A stretch of 64,000 bases of DNA from Candidatus Marinacidobacterales bacterium (lineage in GTDB: Bacteria; Acidobacteriota; Vicinamibacteria; Marinacidobacterales; DATDRI01), in contig CBDCNP010000002.1 of the NCBI GenBank assembly GCA_965219415.1, positions 2,208,001 to 2,272,000 on the forward strand, given 5' to 3'. Every line of letters begins with the position of its first letter. The first letter of the stretch is position 1. This document shows positions 19,990 to 29,935 of this stretch, in pieces. The translations under genes were made by a program, and so were the position numbers. A model generated the notes under the pieces. It was given only the letters and a program-made list of their open reading frames with translations, was not told where the DNA came from and searched no databases.

Positions 19990-20110
19990 ATGAATCCAAG
20001 CTCGCTGCGGGAGAGGCAAAAGGAAGGCAAGCGAAGAGTGAAGGACGTTGGACCGGATCGACATTCCAAAAGAGGCGTTTCTCGCCGTTCTCAACGCGGA
20101 GGCTTCCTAA
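19990..20110 (+). pseudogene. lepA: lepA (EF4) vestige: start codons joined to the C-terminal tail
   Basis: MNPSSLRERQKEGKRRVKDVG / RIDIPKEAFLAVLNAEAS-stop (one frameshift at ~20053) matches the EF4 tail KLLEKQKEGKKRMK.VG.V.IPQEAFLAVL. Lies directly before lepB. Confidence 0.8.
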
Positions 20111-20111
20111 C

Positions 20112-20879
20112 ATGGCGACCAAGCACGTAATGACCGGCCGTGGCCCTTACAGGAACGATGGGCCTGACAGAAAGGCCGAGAACGGTTCCGGTCCCGCCAA
20201 GTCGACCCTGCGCGAATACTTCGAGTCAATATGTGTCGCCGTCATCCTGGCGCTCTTCATTCGCACCTTTGTGGTCCAGGCCTTCAAAATCCCTACCGGC
20301 TCGATGGAACAAAACCTCTTGATCGGCGACCATCTTCTCGTCAACAAGATGCTCTACGCGCCGGTGGCGGCTCCATTGGAGGACGAGATCTTGCCGATCC
20401 GAGACGTTCGCCGAGGAGACGTGGTGGTCTTCAAATTTCCCATGGAACCGGAACGAGACTTCATCAAGCGGGTTATCGGACTTCCCGGCGATGCCATCCG
20501 CATCGAGAACAAGAGGGTCCATATCAACGGGGAACCACTGGAGGAGGACTACGCCTTTTTCGCCGAGCCTCCCGGGGACGGCAATAAGGAGGTATTCTAC
20601 GACTTCCGCCGCGACAACATGCCGGAGTTGGTGGTACCCGACGGTCAATACTTCGTGATGGGCGATAACCGGGACAACAGCCACGACAGCCGCTTCTGGG
20701 GAACGCTTCCCCGCGAGCTGGTGAAAGGCCGGGCACTTATCGTATATTGGTCTTATAGAGCACCCAAGGAGGCTTACTTGGCGACGGGGCTGATGGAACG
20801 ACTCAAGGAGTTGGGCTCTGTCGCGATCCACTTCTTCGGCAACACCCGATGGAACCGGTTCTTCCATCTGGTCCGGTAG
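20112..20879 (+). CDS. lepB: Signal peptidase I
   Basis: IPTGSM, DFIKRVIG, MGDNRDNSHDSRFWG. Confidence 0.96.
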   Translation: MATKHVMTGRGPYRNDGPDRKAENGSGPAKSTLREYFESICVAVILALFIRTFVVQAFKIPTGSMEQNLLIGDHLLVNKMLYAPVAAPLEDEILPIRDVRRGDVVVFKFPMEPERDFIKRVIGLPGDAIRIENKRVHINGEPLEEDYAFFAEPPGDGNKEVFYDFRRDNMPELVVPDGQYFVMGDNRDNSHDSRFWGTLPRELVKGRALIVYWSYRAPKEAYLATGLMERLKELGSVAIHFFGNTRWNRFFHLVR

Positions 20880-20900
20880 AAAGAGTTGGTAGGAGGTGTC

Positions 20901-21266
20901 ATGAATAGGTTCGCGAGCGTAAGGGGAGAGACCCGGATCGGGTCGATCCTAACACTGGCGGTGATCGCCTTCGCAGTCTACGTTGGCGTCCAGTTCGCAC
21001 CGGTGCTCTTCGCACAGTACGAGTTCAAGGACGCGATTATTGAAGAGGCGAAGTTCTCGGCAAGAAAGAAACCCGAAACCATCCGGAACGGCCTGACGGA
21101 GAAGGCCGCTTCGTTGGGGCTGCCCGTTACTCATCAACAGATCCATGTCGAGCGCAAGCCCACCTTCACGCGGATACAGATCAACTACGAACTGAGCGTG
21201 GAGTGGCTGCCAGGCAAAATGTACACTTGGGATGTGACCGAGGTGGCGGAGAGCGTCTTGTTCTAG
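20901..21266 (+). CDS. DUF4845-like single-TM protein
   Basis: AGGAGGT RBS; pilin-like N-terminal hydrophobic helix; DUF4845 typically follows lepB. Confidence 0.6.
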   Translation: MNRFASVRGETRIGSILTLAVIAFAVYVGVQFAPVLFAQYEFKDAIIEEAKFSARKKPETIRNGLTEKAASLGLPVTHQQIHVERKPTFTRIQINYELSVEWLPGKMYTWDVTEVAESVLF

Positions 21267-21366
21267 CGCGTCGCACGGCTCCGCCAGACAAGCCCACCAG
21301 CCCCGCGAAGTTTGTCCGGCGTCTCGCGAAGCATCCGGCTCCCCTCCGCGGCGAGCCTGCCCGATT

Positions 21367-21684
21367 TCACGACCTTACCGGCCTCGCCTTCCTCATCAGG
21401 CTCATGAGCCGGTCCTGCGCCTGGGCGGCGCTCAACCTTCGCACCCGAACCGTTTTCCGCCGAGAGCTCGAACCGGAGACGATCTCCACGTCCCTTTTTC
21501 CGACGCCGAGGGAACGGGCGAGGAACTTGACGAGCTCTTGATTGGCCTGTCCCCTTAACGGAGGTGACTTGAGGCGTACACGGATCTCCTCTTGCTCGTC
21601 ATAGGTCAATTCTTGGCGGCCACTGCGAGGGGTAACCCGGACGCGAATGAGCGCACCTTCACGCGCGTCTGAGAACGCGGCCAC
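21367..21684 (-). CDS. DUF167/YggU family protein
   Basis: VRVTPRS, PP..GQAN.EL..FLA, IVSG.SSR.K; GTG start with GGAG RBS. Confidence 0.85.
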   Translation of the reverse strand: MAAFSDAREGALIRVRVTPRSGRQELTYDEQEEIRVRLKSPPLRGQANQELVKFLARSLGVGKRDVEIVSGSSSRRKTVRVRRLSAAQAQDRLMSLMRKARPVRS

Positions 21685-21712
21685 TACAGTCTCCGGTTCT
21701 AATTTGGAGGCG

Positions 21713-22232
21713 TTAGGAAGACTCGGCTTTTCCTTGGTCGGTGCCGCGTCGCCTAAGAAAAGACAGCTTGTCCTGCTCGATCTCACTTTCCTCCATCAGT
21801 TTGATCAGGTTGCGTAGGTTGGCGATGGTCGCCAAGATCGAGTTCTGCACTTGTCGCTTCTGGATCCGGAGCTCCAGGATATCTTTTTCGATGTCGTGGG
21901 CCTTCACCTGAGCGGCTTCGATCAGACGATCGGCTGCCAACTCCGCTTCCCGCGGTAGCATTTGTGATTGTTTCTTCGCATTCTCTTTCAGCTCCTCCGA
22001 GGTCCGCTGGGCCGCGACGAGCGTGTTCTTCAATATTTGCTCGCGCTCGTGATGCTCGCTCAGCAGCGCGGACAATCTCCTCGTTTCTTCCGCCGTCTTT
22101 TCATTCTCAGCGCGGAGCTGTTCCATTTCTTCGGCAACCCATGTTCAGGAACGTCTTGACTTCATCGGCGTCGACTCCACGAAAACGCGTCTGAAAGCTA
22201 TGCCTCTGGATATCCAAGGGCGTGAGCTTCAT
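21713..22232 (-). CDS. divIVA: DivIVA domain protein; frameshift near 22139
   Basis: MKLTPLDIQRHSFQTRFRGVDADEVKTFL (22232 onward) joins the coiled-coil ORF 21713-22126 if one G is removed. Confidence 0.88.
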
Positions 22233-23008
22233 CTCCCATCCTCCCGGGCTCTTGTGGACCCTTCCGCGAACGTTGGCCCTACTGCGGGGCCTTTCACCGG
22301 TCTTTCACCAAACAAGGCTGTCCCCACTCGCACGAGCGTGGCACCTTCCTCCACCGCGACCTGGTAGTCGTGGCTCATCCCCATCGACAGCTCCTTGAAG
22401 GCCCCGCCCACCAAACCCCTGGCGCAAGCCTCATCACGAAGCTCTCGTAGTTGCCTAAAATAAGGCCGCACTTCTCCGGAATCGTCCAGGTAAGGGGGTA
22501 GCACCATCATCCCTTCTAATCGAAGGTTTTCGAGCTCGACCATCCGTGGGAGATCCTCGAACAGCTGAGGAACGGGCAGGCCGACTTTGCTTTCCTCCTC
22601 GGCCAATTGAACTTGGATCAGCACCCGCTGTATCCGGTTCTGTTCCCCGCACAAACGGTCCACGCGTCGAGCCAGCTCCACCGAGTCAATCGAATGAATG
22701 AGATCAAAGACCTGAATCGCTTTTTTTACCTTGTTGCTCTGCAGACGTCCCACGAGGTGCCATTGCAAGTCAGATCCGACAACGAGCCCTTGCTTGCCCT
22801 CTGCTTCCTGGACGCGATTCTCGCCAATGTCGACCACCCCGGCCGCGACCGCTTCTAGAACCTCTTCGGCGGATCGGAACTTCGATACCGCGACGAGCCG
22901 AACGGAGTCTGGCTCACGCCCCGACCGCGACACCGCCTCTTCGATTCTCTGACGGACGGTGACAATGCGGCTGGCCAGTTCCGTCGGCATCAGCTCAGGG
23001 AAGCTCAA
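22229..23008 (-). CDS. yggS: PLP homeostasis protein YggS/PROSC
   Basis: LVAVSK, GENRVQE, WHLVGRLQSNKV, LSMGMSHD, VRVGTALFG. Confidence 0.95.
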   Translation of the reverse strand: MSFPELMPTELASRIVTVRQRIEEAVSRSGREPDSVRLVAVSKFRSAEEVLEAVAAGVVDIGENRVQEAEGKQGLVVGSDLQWHLVGRLQSNKVKKAIQVFDLIHSIDSVELARRVDRLCGEQNRIQRVLIQVQLAEEESKVGLPVPQLFEDLPRMVELENLRLEGMMVLPPYLDDSGEVRPYFRQLRELRDEACARGLVGGAFKELSMGMSHDYQVAVEEGATLVRVGTALFGERPVKGPAVGPTFAEGSTRAREDGR

Positions 23009-23958
23009 TTCTTTTTGAGATAGTCGAGGAGTCCCGTTGCGGTGGCCGCTTGCGGACCATCAGGTTGCAACTCGAGATACTTTTCCAGATGAGCGACCGC
23101 TTCCCCGCTCTTGCCCTGGTTGACGTATACCATTCCCAGTTGATAATGGCCGAGCGCGTGGGCGTCGTCGAGCTCGATCACCCTCAGAAACGCCGCCTCC
23201 GCCGCGGGGATGTCTCCAGCGTTCATCGCTACCGCACCAAGGTCGAAAACCGTGTCAACATCGCCCGGCTGAAGCGCCTCCGCTTCCTGGAGCATCGCCA
23301 TGGCTTCGGGCCACTGCTGATTCGCGGTGTAGATGGTAGCGAGCGCCAGATAGGGTTCGACCGCTGATGTTTGGAGCTCGACCGCCTTCCCGTAAAAAGT
23401 CACGGCCTGATCCATCTGCCCGAGGTTTTCGTGCGCGACCCCCAGATTGTAGATTGCCTCCGCCTTCTCCGGATCGATCTCGAGGACTTTTTCGAATGCC
23501 GCAATGGCCGCAGCATAGTCCTTCGCGGTCATTGCGGCGACACCTTCCTTAAAGAGTGGCGCCATCGTCGCGTTCAGCGTCTGCTCCTCGAGGTTGGAAC
23601 GTGCGCCTTCGGACAAGGCCGGCAGAACCACTTTCCCCAACTGCGTCGGGGGTCCCGTGAGAACCTTGAGCTCATATTGATACGACTGGTGTCCACTCTT
23701 GGTGAAGGTGAGCTGGTAGCGCCCGGTGGGTAAGCCGGCCCGAATGAAGTCGCCATCATCGCCGGAGGTCGCGGTGTGCTGACGGTTCACTCCTCCCAAA
23801 AACTGGAAGACGATCTCGACTCCACCCACTGGCTGTTCATTCTCGTCGACGATCTGCCCGCGAACCGATCCGGTCTGGGCATCGGCTCCCGCCGCCAGTA
23901 GGGTGGCAATCGATAGAAGAGCGAGAAGGCGCAGCAATGATTTCCCAGACGCCATCAT
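23005..23958 (-). CDS. Secreted carboxypeptidase-regulatory-like domain + TPR protein
   Basis: Signal peptide, GSVRGQIVDENEQPV...G.Y.LT beta-sandwich, several TPR helices. Confidence 0.85.
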   Translation of the reverse strand: MMASGKSLLRLLALLSIATLLAAGADAQTGSVRGQIVDENEQPVGGVEIVFQFLGGVNRQHTATSGDDGDFIRAGLPTGRYQLTFTKSGHQSYQYELKVLTGPPTQLGKVVLPALSEGARSNLEEQTLNATMAPLFKEGVAAMTAKDYAAAIAAFEKVLEIDPEKAEAIYNLGVAHENLGQMDQAVTFYGKAVELQTSAVEPYLALATIYTANQQWPEAMAMLQEAEALQPGDVDTVFDLGAVAMNAGDIPAAEAAFLRVIELDDAHALGHYQLGMVYVNQGKSGEAVAHLEKYLELQPDGPQAATATGLLDYLKKN

Positions 23959-24013
23959 GGTTCCTCCCTTGTAACCCGAAACTCGATTATACGTCTCAGT
24001 CGCGAGGAACGCA

Positions 24014-24060
24014 TCCGCCTTCGCCAGCGTGCCTCGCTAAGGCTTCGGCGGGACAAGTCC
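24014..24060. repeat. REP-like intergenic palindrome
   Basis: CCGCCTTCGCC...GGCTTCGGCGGGACAAGTCC imperfect hairpin; partial sibling GGCTCCGCCAGACAAGCCC at 21277-21295. Confidence 0.35.
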
Positions 24061-24079
24061 AGCTCAACCTAACGGCGGT

Positions 24080-24463
24080 TCAATCGCGCTCGTAGGAGGC
24101 GCTGTACGTCGGCGCTTCCCAGACTCTGATGCGCCTGACGACGAGGCCCCGCGGGGCCAACCTTTCCTCTAGTTTCTCGTAGAACCATCGCGCCATGTTC
24201 TCGGTCGTGGGATTCATGTCATCGAAGGGAGCCAATTCGTTCAAGTGTCGATGGTCGTACGGGGCGAGGACCTCCTTCAATTCCTGCTCCAGCTCCAGGA
24301 AATCCATCCCGAGCCCCAGTTTGTCTAACTCTCGCGCTGCGACACAAGCTTCGACCCTGAAGTTGTGCCCATGCAGCGGCTCGATGGGTCCCTTGTAGCC
24401 TCGGAGTTGGTGAGACGCGGAAAACATGGTCTCCACAGTAACCTGGTAGCGAGCTGTACCCAA
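24080..24463 (-). CDS. queD: 6-carboxy-5,6,7,8-tetrahydropterin synthase
   Basis: FSASHQL, LHGHNF, DHRHLN, NPTTENMA, WEAP. Confidence 0.9.
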   Translation of the reverse strand: MGTARYQVTVETMFSASHQLRGYKGPIEPLHGHNFRVEACVAARELDKLGLGMDFLELEQELKEVLAPYDHRHLNELAPFDDMNPTTENMARWFYEKLEERLAPRGLVVRRIRVWEAPTYSASYERD

Positions 24464-24482
24464 TGTCTACTCCCCTAGTACA

Positions 24483-26483
24483 CTAGCCAAAAAAGCCGAT
24501 GACTTCCTCTCGGCGGTGGATCAGCGGAAAAGGAGGAAGACTTGCCAAGAAACGTTGGCCGTAGCCCATTCTCAGCAAACGACTGTCGAGGACTGCCAAC
24601 ACGCCACGATCACTGCGAGAACGAATCAGCCGACCCAGTCCTTGTTTGAGCCCCAAGATAGCCATCGGCACTTGATAATCGTGGAAGCCGTTGCCCCCTC
24701 GATCCTCCACCCAATCGATACGCGCCGACACCAATGGGTCGGCCGGCACCGCGAAAGGAAGCTTGTCGATGATCACGCAAGATAACTGCTCGCCGACCAC
24801 ATCGACTCCTTCCCAAAAGCTGGAAGTGGCGAGGAGGACCGCGCCTGGCGTGGCTCGAAATCGATCCAAGAGCTCCCCGCGCGGCGCTTCTCCTTGCACC
24901 AAGAGCGGATACTCGATGCGATCCCGTACCAACCCCTCCACCCCATGGAGGTTCGCGAAACTCGTAAAGAGCACGAACGCCCTACCGCGGCTCGCCTTGG
25001 TCAACGCGAGCACCTCCTCCGCCACTCGCACCAGGAATTCGGGGTGACGCGGGGCCGGCATCCCGTTCGGGATATAAAGAACGGTTTGCCGAGAGAAATC
25101 GAATGGAGAGCGTAGTACTTTTTGCTCCCGCGGTTGGCTTCCCAATCGCTCCCGCGTATAGTCGAGAGAGCCCTCGATCGATAGAGTCGCCGAAGTCATG
25201 ACGATGCTCCGCTTCCGCTCGAGGAGCGTCTTGCTCACCAGCTGACTCACGTTGATGGGAGAGGCTCGGAGAACTACCGACCGATCACGCACCTCACACC
25301 ACGACACCGACTCCGCCTCCGAGCTGACCAAAATTCGTTCCAAGTCGAACAAGAGCTCCCCGGATCGTCTCGCCAGACCCACCGTAGCCTCATCGGGCTC
25401 GGGAATACCCTTGAGGTCGGCCGCCAAGCGTTCGATATGACCTCGAAGTGCGTCGTAAGCCTGGGTTTGTCGAGGAGATTCGGAATCGCCTCCGATCCGA
25501 TAGCGGTCCTTCGAAATCCGGTAGCCCTCGAAGAATTCTTGTGCAACCCGGCGCAGGACACGAATGTGCTCCAGGGGACGACGTTGACGAGGCGAGCGGG
25601 CTTCCCAGGCCGCAGTTGCATCGCGGGCGAGCTCTTCGACGCGAAAGCTACTCACCACGGCACCGAAGTATTGTGTGGCTACGTCTTCAACTTGATGCGC
25701 CTCGTCTAGCACCAGGAAGTCGTAGTCTGGCAACACTTCGCCGTAAGAACCCTCCCGAACGACGAGATCGGCAAAAAGAAGGTGATGGTTAACGATGATG
25801 ATTTCGCTCTCCGATGCCCGTTGCCGGAGGCGCGTGACGTAGCACTTGTCGAAGTCGCGACATTCTTTGCCGATGCAGTTCTCGCTTTTTGCGGAGAGCC
25901 GACCCCAGAACTCGACCCTTTCCGGGAATCCGGGGATCTCGGCGCGGTCTCCAGTCTTCGTCATCGGAACCCAGCGAGCCATCGTATCGAAGTGCTCGGC
26001 TTCTTCGAACATTCGAAAGCTGGGCTGCACCGCGAACTGATCGTAGCGACTGAGACAAAGGTAGTTGGCTCGCCCCTTCATGAGGCACGCCTTGAACGGA
26101 ACGCCCAAAGCCTTCCTGAGAAGTGGCAAGTCTTTGTAGTACAGCTGCTCCTGAAGGTTCTTGGTGCCGGTGGAGATGACCACCCTTTGACCGGAGAGTA
26201 CCGCCGGGATCAAATAGGCGAGGGTTTTTCCGGTTCCGGTCCCGGCTTCCACCAAAACCTCGCCTCCCTCCCGGAAAGCATCGGCCACGGCAATAGCCAT
26301 TTCTACTTGCGGCAGGCGGTGCTCGAACCCCGGCAGCTCGGCGGCCAAGGGCCCGTCAGGCCCCAGGAGTCGCTCGATCTCTTCCGGCTGGAGCCTGCTG
26401 AGACCACGAGGAGCCGGCGGCGTCTCGGCACCGATTTCGATGTCGCTGATGTCAGGGATGTCGGGCTCTCCTCCGTTGGCCAT
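24483..26483 (-). CDS. DinG/YoaA-family Fe-S ATP-dependent DNA helicase
   Basis: EAGTGTGKT, KGRANYLC, Cys cluster, DEAH, FWEGVD, QGLGRLIR. Confidence 0.93.
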   Translation of the reverse strand: MANGGEPDIPDISDIEIGAETPPAPRGLSRLQPEEIERLLGPDGPLAAELPGFEHRLPQVEMAIAVADAFREGGEVLVEAGTGTGKTLAYLIPAVLSGQRVVISTGTKNLQEQLYYKDLPLLRKALGVPFKACLMKGRANYLCLSRYDQFAVQPSFRMFEEAEHFDTMARWVPMTKTGDRAEIPGFPERVEFWGRLSAKSENCIGKECRDFDKCYVTRLRQRASESEIIIVNHHLLFADLVVREGSYGEVLPDYDFLVLDEAHQVEDVATQYFGAVVSSFRVEELARDATAAWEARSPRQRRPLEHIRVLRRVAQEFFEGYRISKDRYRIGGDSESPRQTQAYDALRGHIERLAADLKGIPEPDEATVGLARRSGELLFDLERILVSSEAESVSWCEVRDRSVVLRASPINVSQLVSKTLLERKRSIVMTSATLSIEGSLDYTRERLGSQPREQKVLRSPFDFSRQTVLYIPNGMPAPRHPEFLVRVAEEVLALTKASRGRAFVLFTSFANLHGVEGLVRDRIEYPLLVQGEAPRGELLDRFRATPGAVLLATSSFWEGVDVVGEQLSCVIIDKLPFAVPADPLVSARIDWVEDRGGNGFHDYQVPMAILGLKQGLGRLIRSRSDRGVLAVLDSRLLRMGYGQRFLASLPPFPLIHRREEVIGFFG

Positions 26484-26492
26484 GCTAGGACA

Positions 26493-27788
26493 CTAGGTCG
26501 CGGCCTGACTGGCCCGCACTGAGCTCTCTCTAAGACGGCGGGAGTACAGTGGAAATCTCGCCGTCAAGTCCTTGACTTTTTTCGCGATACTCTCGAGAGC
26601 CGTCTCATTCTCCCGCTCTCGGATAGCTTCGGCGATCCATTTTCCAACGACTTTCATTTCCTCGTTCTTCATCCCCCGAGTCGTAATGGCGGGAGTTCCG
26701 ATCCGAACGCCACTCGCCACCATCGGAGGTCGAGTGTCGAAGGGAATCGCGTTTTTGTTGACGGTAATCCCTGCCTTGCCGAGGGCTGCCTCCGCTTCTT
26801 TTCCAGTGACGCCCGCGGCGCCGACGTCTATCAAGATTAGGTGATTATCCGTACCACCGGACACTAGACGGAAGTCCTCCGCGATTAGAGTCGCCGCTAG
26901 GACACGCGCGTTGTCGACGACCTGCTGAGCGTAGGACTTGAACTCCGAACTCATGGCTTCTTTGAAACAAATAGCCTTGCCGGCTACCACGTGCACCAAC
27001 GGACCGCCTTGAATCCCCGGGAATGTGATCCGGTTCAGATCCTTCGCAAACTTTTCCTTCGAGAGGACGAATCCCCCCCGTGGACCGCGGAGCGTCTTAT
27101 GGGTTGTTGATGTGACGAAGTCGGAGTGCGCGACGGGGCTCGGATGGGCCCCACCGGCAACCAAACCGCTAGTGTGAGCCATATCGGTCACCACCACCGC
27201 CCCAACCTCGTCGGCTATGGTTCGAATGCGCGCAAAATCGATGACGCGGGGATAGGCGCTGGCACCAACCATGATCATCTTCGGATTGTTGGCCTTTGCC
27301 AAGCGCTCCATTTCCTCGTAATCGAGTCTTTCATCTTCTTGGCGCACCCCGTAGGGCACCACCTTGTAAAACCGACCGGAGAAATTGAGCGGATGGCCGT
27401 GCGACAAGTGGCCGCCATGGGCAAGGTTCATCCCCATGAACGTATCCCCCGAGTCGAGGACCGCGAGATATGCCGCCATATTAGCCTGAGTCCCGCTGTG
27501 CGGTTGCACGTTGGCGTGCTCGGCGCCGAAGAGCTCTTTCGCACGCTCGATGGCTGACCGCTCCACGACGTCCACGTGCTCGCAGCCCCCGTAATAACGA
27601 CGGCCGGGATACCCCTCGGCATACTTGTTGGTGAATACCGAACCGGTGGCTTCCAGAATCGCTTCGCTGGTGAAGTTCTCGGATGCGATGAGCTCCAGCC
27701 CTTCCGCCTGCCGGCGAACCTCTTGATCGATAGCCTGGGCGACCTCAGGATCGACTTCGAAGAGCGGGCGCTCCATCTCATGACTCAT
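26493..27788 (-). CDS. glyA: Serine hydroxymethyltransferase
   Basis: [33 protein letters not shown]. Confidence 0.98.
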   Translation of the reverse strand: MSHEMERPLFEVDPEVAQAIDQEVRRQAEGLELIASENFTSEAILEATGSVFTNKYAEGYPGRRYYGGCEHVDVVERSAIERAKELFGAEHANVQPHSGTQANMAAYLAVLDSGDTFMGMNLAHGGHLSHGHPLNFSGRFYKVVPYGVRQEDERLDYEEMERLAKANNPKMIMVGASAYPRVIDFARIRTIADEVGAVVVTDMAHTSGLVAGGAHPSPVAHSDFVTSTTHKTLRGPRGGFVLSKEKFAKDLNRITFPGIQGGPLVHVVAGKAICFKEAMSSEFKSYAQQVVDNARVLAATLIAEDFRLVSGGTDNHLILIDVGAAGVTGKEAEAALGKAGITVNKNAIPFDTRPPMVASGVRIGTPAITTRGMKNEEMKVVGKWIAEAIRERENETALESIAKKVKDLTARFPLYSRRLRESSVRASQAAT

Positions 27789-27887
27789 GATTGCTCCTCT
27801 GGAAGAACGTGACGACTTTGGATTTCTGCTCGCCTCATCCTACAATACGCCGCCTGTTCCAGCAAAAAACCTTCCTGGAAACAAACC

Positions 27888-29048
27888 GTGATGCGGGTCC
27901 AAGTCAGTAAGCGGGGGCGAGCGCGGGTGCTCGCTGGCCATCTGTGGATCTTCCAATCCGATGTGCAGAATCGCGAGGGAGTCGCTTCCGGGGACGTGGT
28001 CGAAGTGAGGGGACCGCGAGAGGACTTTCTGGGTCAAGCCTTCTTCAGCGAGTCATCGCAGATCGCCCTTCGAATCATCACCACCGAGCAGGAGCCGGTC
28101 GACGACAACTTTTGGAAGCGAAGACTCACCGCTGCCTTGGACTTGAGAAGCGGAATCGCACCGGCCACCACTGCGTATCGATGGGTGCATGGTGAAGCCG
28201 ATGGGATTCCCTCGCTCGTGGTTGACCGATACGGCGAGACTCTGGCCGTCCAAACTCTCTCGGCCGGTACGGATCGGCTGAAACAAACCTTCGTCCGGCT
28301 TTGGGTCGAGCTGGTACAGCCGTCCGGCATCATCGAGCGGAACGACCAAAAGACCCGAGCGCTCGAGGGGCTCCCGCTCGCAAAGGGGACGCTTTACGGA
28401 GAAGTTCCTTCAGAAGTCGTGGTCCAGGAAGAGGGGATTCGCCTGCGGGCCGACCTCTGGGGAGGCCAGAAGACCGGACTCTTTCTCGATCAGCGAGAGA
28501 ACCGCCAGGCAGCGGCTCGGTGGGGCAAAGGCCGGGCCCTCGACCTCTTCGCATACGACGGGGGATTCTCGCTTCAACTTGCCCGCGTCTGTGAGACGGT
28601 GACGGCGGTCGATGCTTCTGCTGAGGCGTTGGCGCGCCTCCGGGCGAACGCGGCCATGAATCAGATTGACAATATCCACTCCCGGGAGGGCAACGTCTTC
28701 GACCTCCTCCGCGAATTGCATGCCGACGGGCAAGTCTTCGACACTATCGTGCTCGACCCCCCGGCGTTCGCCAAGAACCGCGCCGCCGTGGTCAAAGCGA
28801 GGCGCGGGTACAAAGACATTAACTTACGTGCTATGAAGCTTTTACGGCCTGGTGGGCACCTTATCACCTCGACGTGCTCGTATCATGTCTCGGAGAACGA
28901 TTTCCTGAATATTCTCACCGAGGCTGCCGCGGACGTGCGCGCGCGCATGGTCTTGGTCGAGAAAAGAACACAATCCCGCGACCATCCCATGCTTCTCTCG
29001 ATGCCGGAGACCTACTACCTGAAGTGCGTGATCTTGCGTAAATTGTAG
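27888..29048 (+). CDS. RlmI-like class I SAM-dependent rRNA methyltransferase
   Basis: PUA-like GHLWIF, GQKTGLFLDQRENR, LDPPAF, ETYYLK. Confidence 0.92.
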   Translation: MMRVQVSKRGRARVLAGHLWIFQSDVQNREGVASGDVVEVRGPREDFLGQAFFSESSQIALRIITTEQEPVDDNFWKRRLTAALDLRSGIAPATTAYRWVHGEADGIPSLVVDRYGETLAVQTLSAGTDRLKQTFVRLWVELVQPSGIIERNDQKTRALEGLPLAKGTLYGEVPSEVVVQEEGIRLRADLWGGQKTGLFLDQRENRQAAARWGKGRALDLFAYDGGFSLQLARVCETVTAVDASAEALARLRANAAMNQIDNIHSREGNVFDLLRELHADGQVFDTIVLDPPAFAKNRAAVVKARRGYKDINLRAMKLLRPGGHLITSTCSYHVSENDFLNILTEAAADVRARMVLVEKRTQSRDHPMLLSMPETYYLKCVILRKL

Positions 29049-29095
29049 GTTACAATATCCTTGTTTCTCCTAGTCATTTCCAGGAGCTGTTTCTC

Positions 29096-29920
29096 TTGAC
29101 CGAGGACCGCGAGAACGACCGCGCGCAGGGACCTCCCGACGCGCCCGACCCAGTACCGTCTGAGCCTGCTCAATCTGACGAGCCGATCGAGCTCATCGAG
29201 CAGCTTGGCGATGTGGAAGAGCTCGAGGAGCTCGTCCCGCTAGAGCCTGCTAGGTCTGACGAGACCCTTCCAGTCCAATCCGAACCGCCAGCGCCAACCG
29301 CACCGCCGCCCGCTCCCGCGGGAGACCTCCAAAAGAAGGTGGAAGAGAAGGACGCTCAGATCGCCCAGGTCATGAACGCGTACCGGGGCCTCAAGAAAGA
29401 CACCGCGAAGCTTCGCGAACGGGCCGTCAAAGCCGAGAAGCGTCGTTTCGAGATGTCGACAAACGATTTCATCGGCCGCTTCGTTGAGGTTCTCGATAAC
29501 CTGGATCGAGCCATCGACTCCATTGAAAACAACTTCGACTCGGACGCGGTCCTCGAAGGCATTATTTTGGTTCGGTCGCGCCTGGTGCAGCTTCTCCGCG
29601 AAGAAGGCCTGGAGAAAATCTTCGTGGGTGGCCAAACCTTCGACCCGACGCACAGTGAGGCCGCTGCTATTGAGCTGGTCGAGGACGATTCTCAGGGCAA
29701 CATCGTACTCAAGGAGCTACAACGGGGATATATGCTGAAGGGAGCCTTGCTGCGTCCCGCCCGTGTCGTGGTGGGTCGCTTCTCGCACACCGATGCCAAC
29801 TCGTCATCATCGGAGGAATCGGCTCGACGTCCATCACAGGCATCAGAGGCACCAGAGGCTCCGTCATCCAAGCCCGCGCCACCCGACCCAAAAGAAGGAA
29901 ATGACAGCTCCGACCAGTAG
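29096..29920 (+). CDS. grpE: Nucleotide exchange factor GrpE with acidic/Pro-rich extensions
   Basis: VLDNLDRA, FDPTHSEA, QRGY.L...LLRPARVVV. Confidence 0.85.
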   Translation: MTEDRENDRAQGPPDAPDPVPSEPAQSDEPIELIEQLGDVEELEELVPLEPARSDETLPVQSEPPAPTAPPPAPAGDLQKKVEEKDAQIAQVMNAYRGLKKDTAKLRERAVKAEKRRFEMSTNDFIGRFVEVLDNLDRAIDSIENNFDSDAVLEGIILVRSRLVQLLREEGLEKIFVGGQTFDPTHSEAAAIELVEDDSQGNIVLKELQRGYMLKGALLRPARVVVGRFSHTDANSSSSEESARRPSQASEAPEAPSSKPAPPDPKEGNDSSDQ

Positions 29921-29935
29921 CCCCGCGTTTAGTTA

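Noticed and set aside
19760-22145. Programmed frameshifting in pdxJ or divIVA
   Set aside because: No slippery heptamer with stimulator seen, and similar shifts are scattered across unrelated genes, which fits sequencing error.
24464-24482. preQ1 riboswitch upstream of queD
   Set aside because: Only 19 nt separate queD from the helicase gene, enough for an RBS only.
27789-27887. ZTP riboswitch upstream of glyA
   Set aside because: Short divergent promoter gap lacking the conserved aptamer and pseudoknot motifs.
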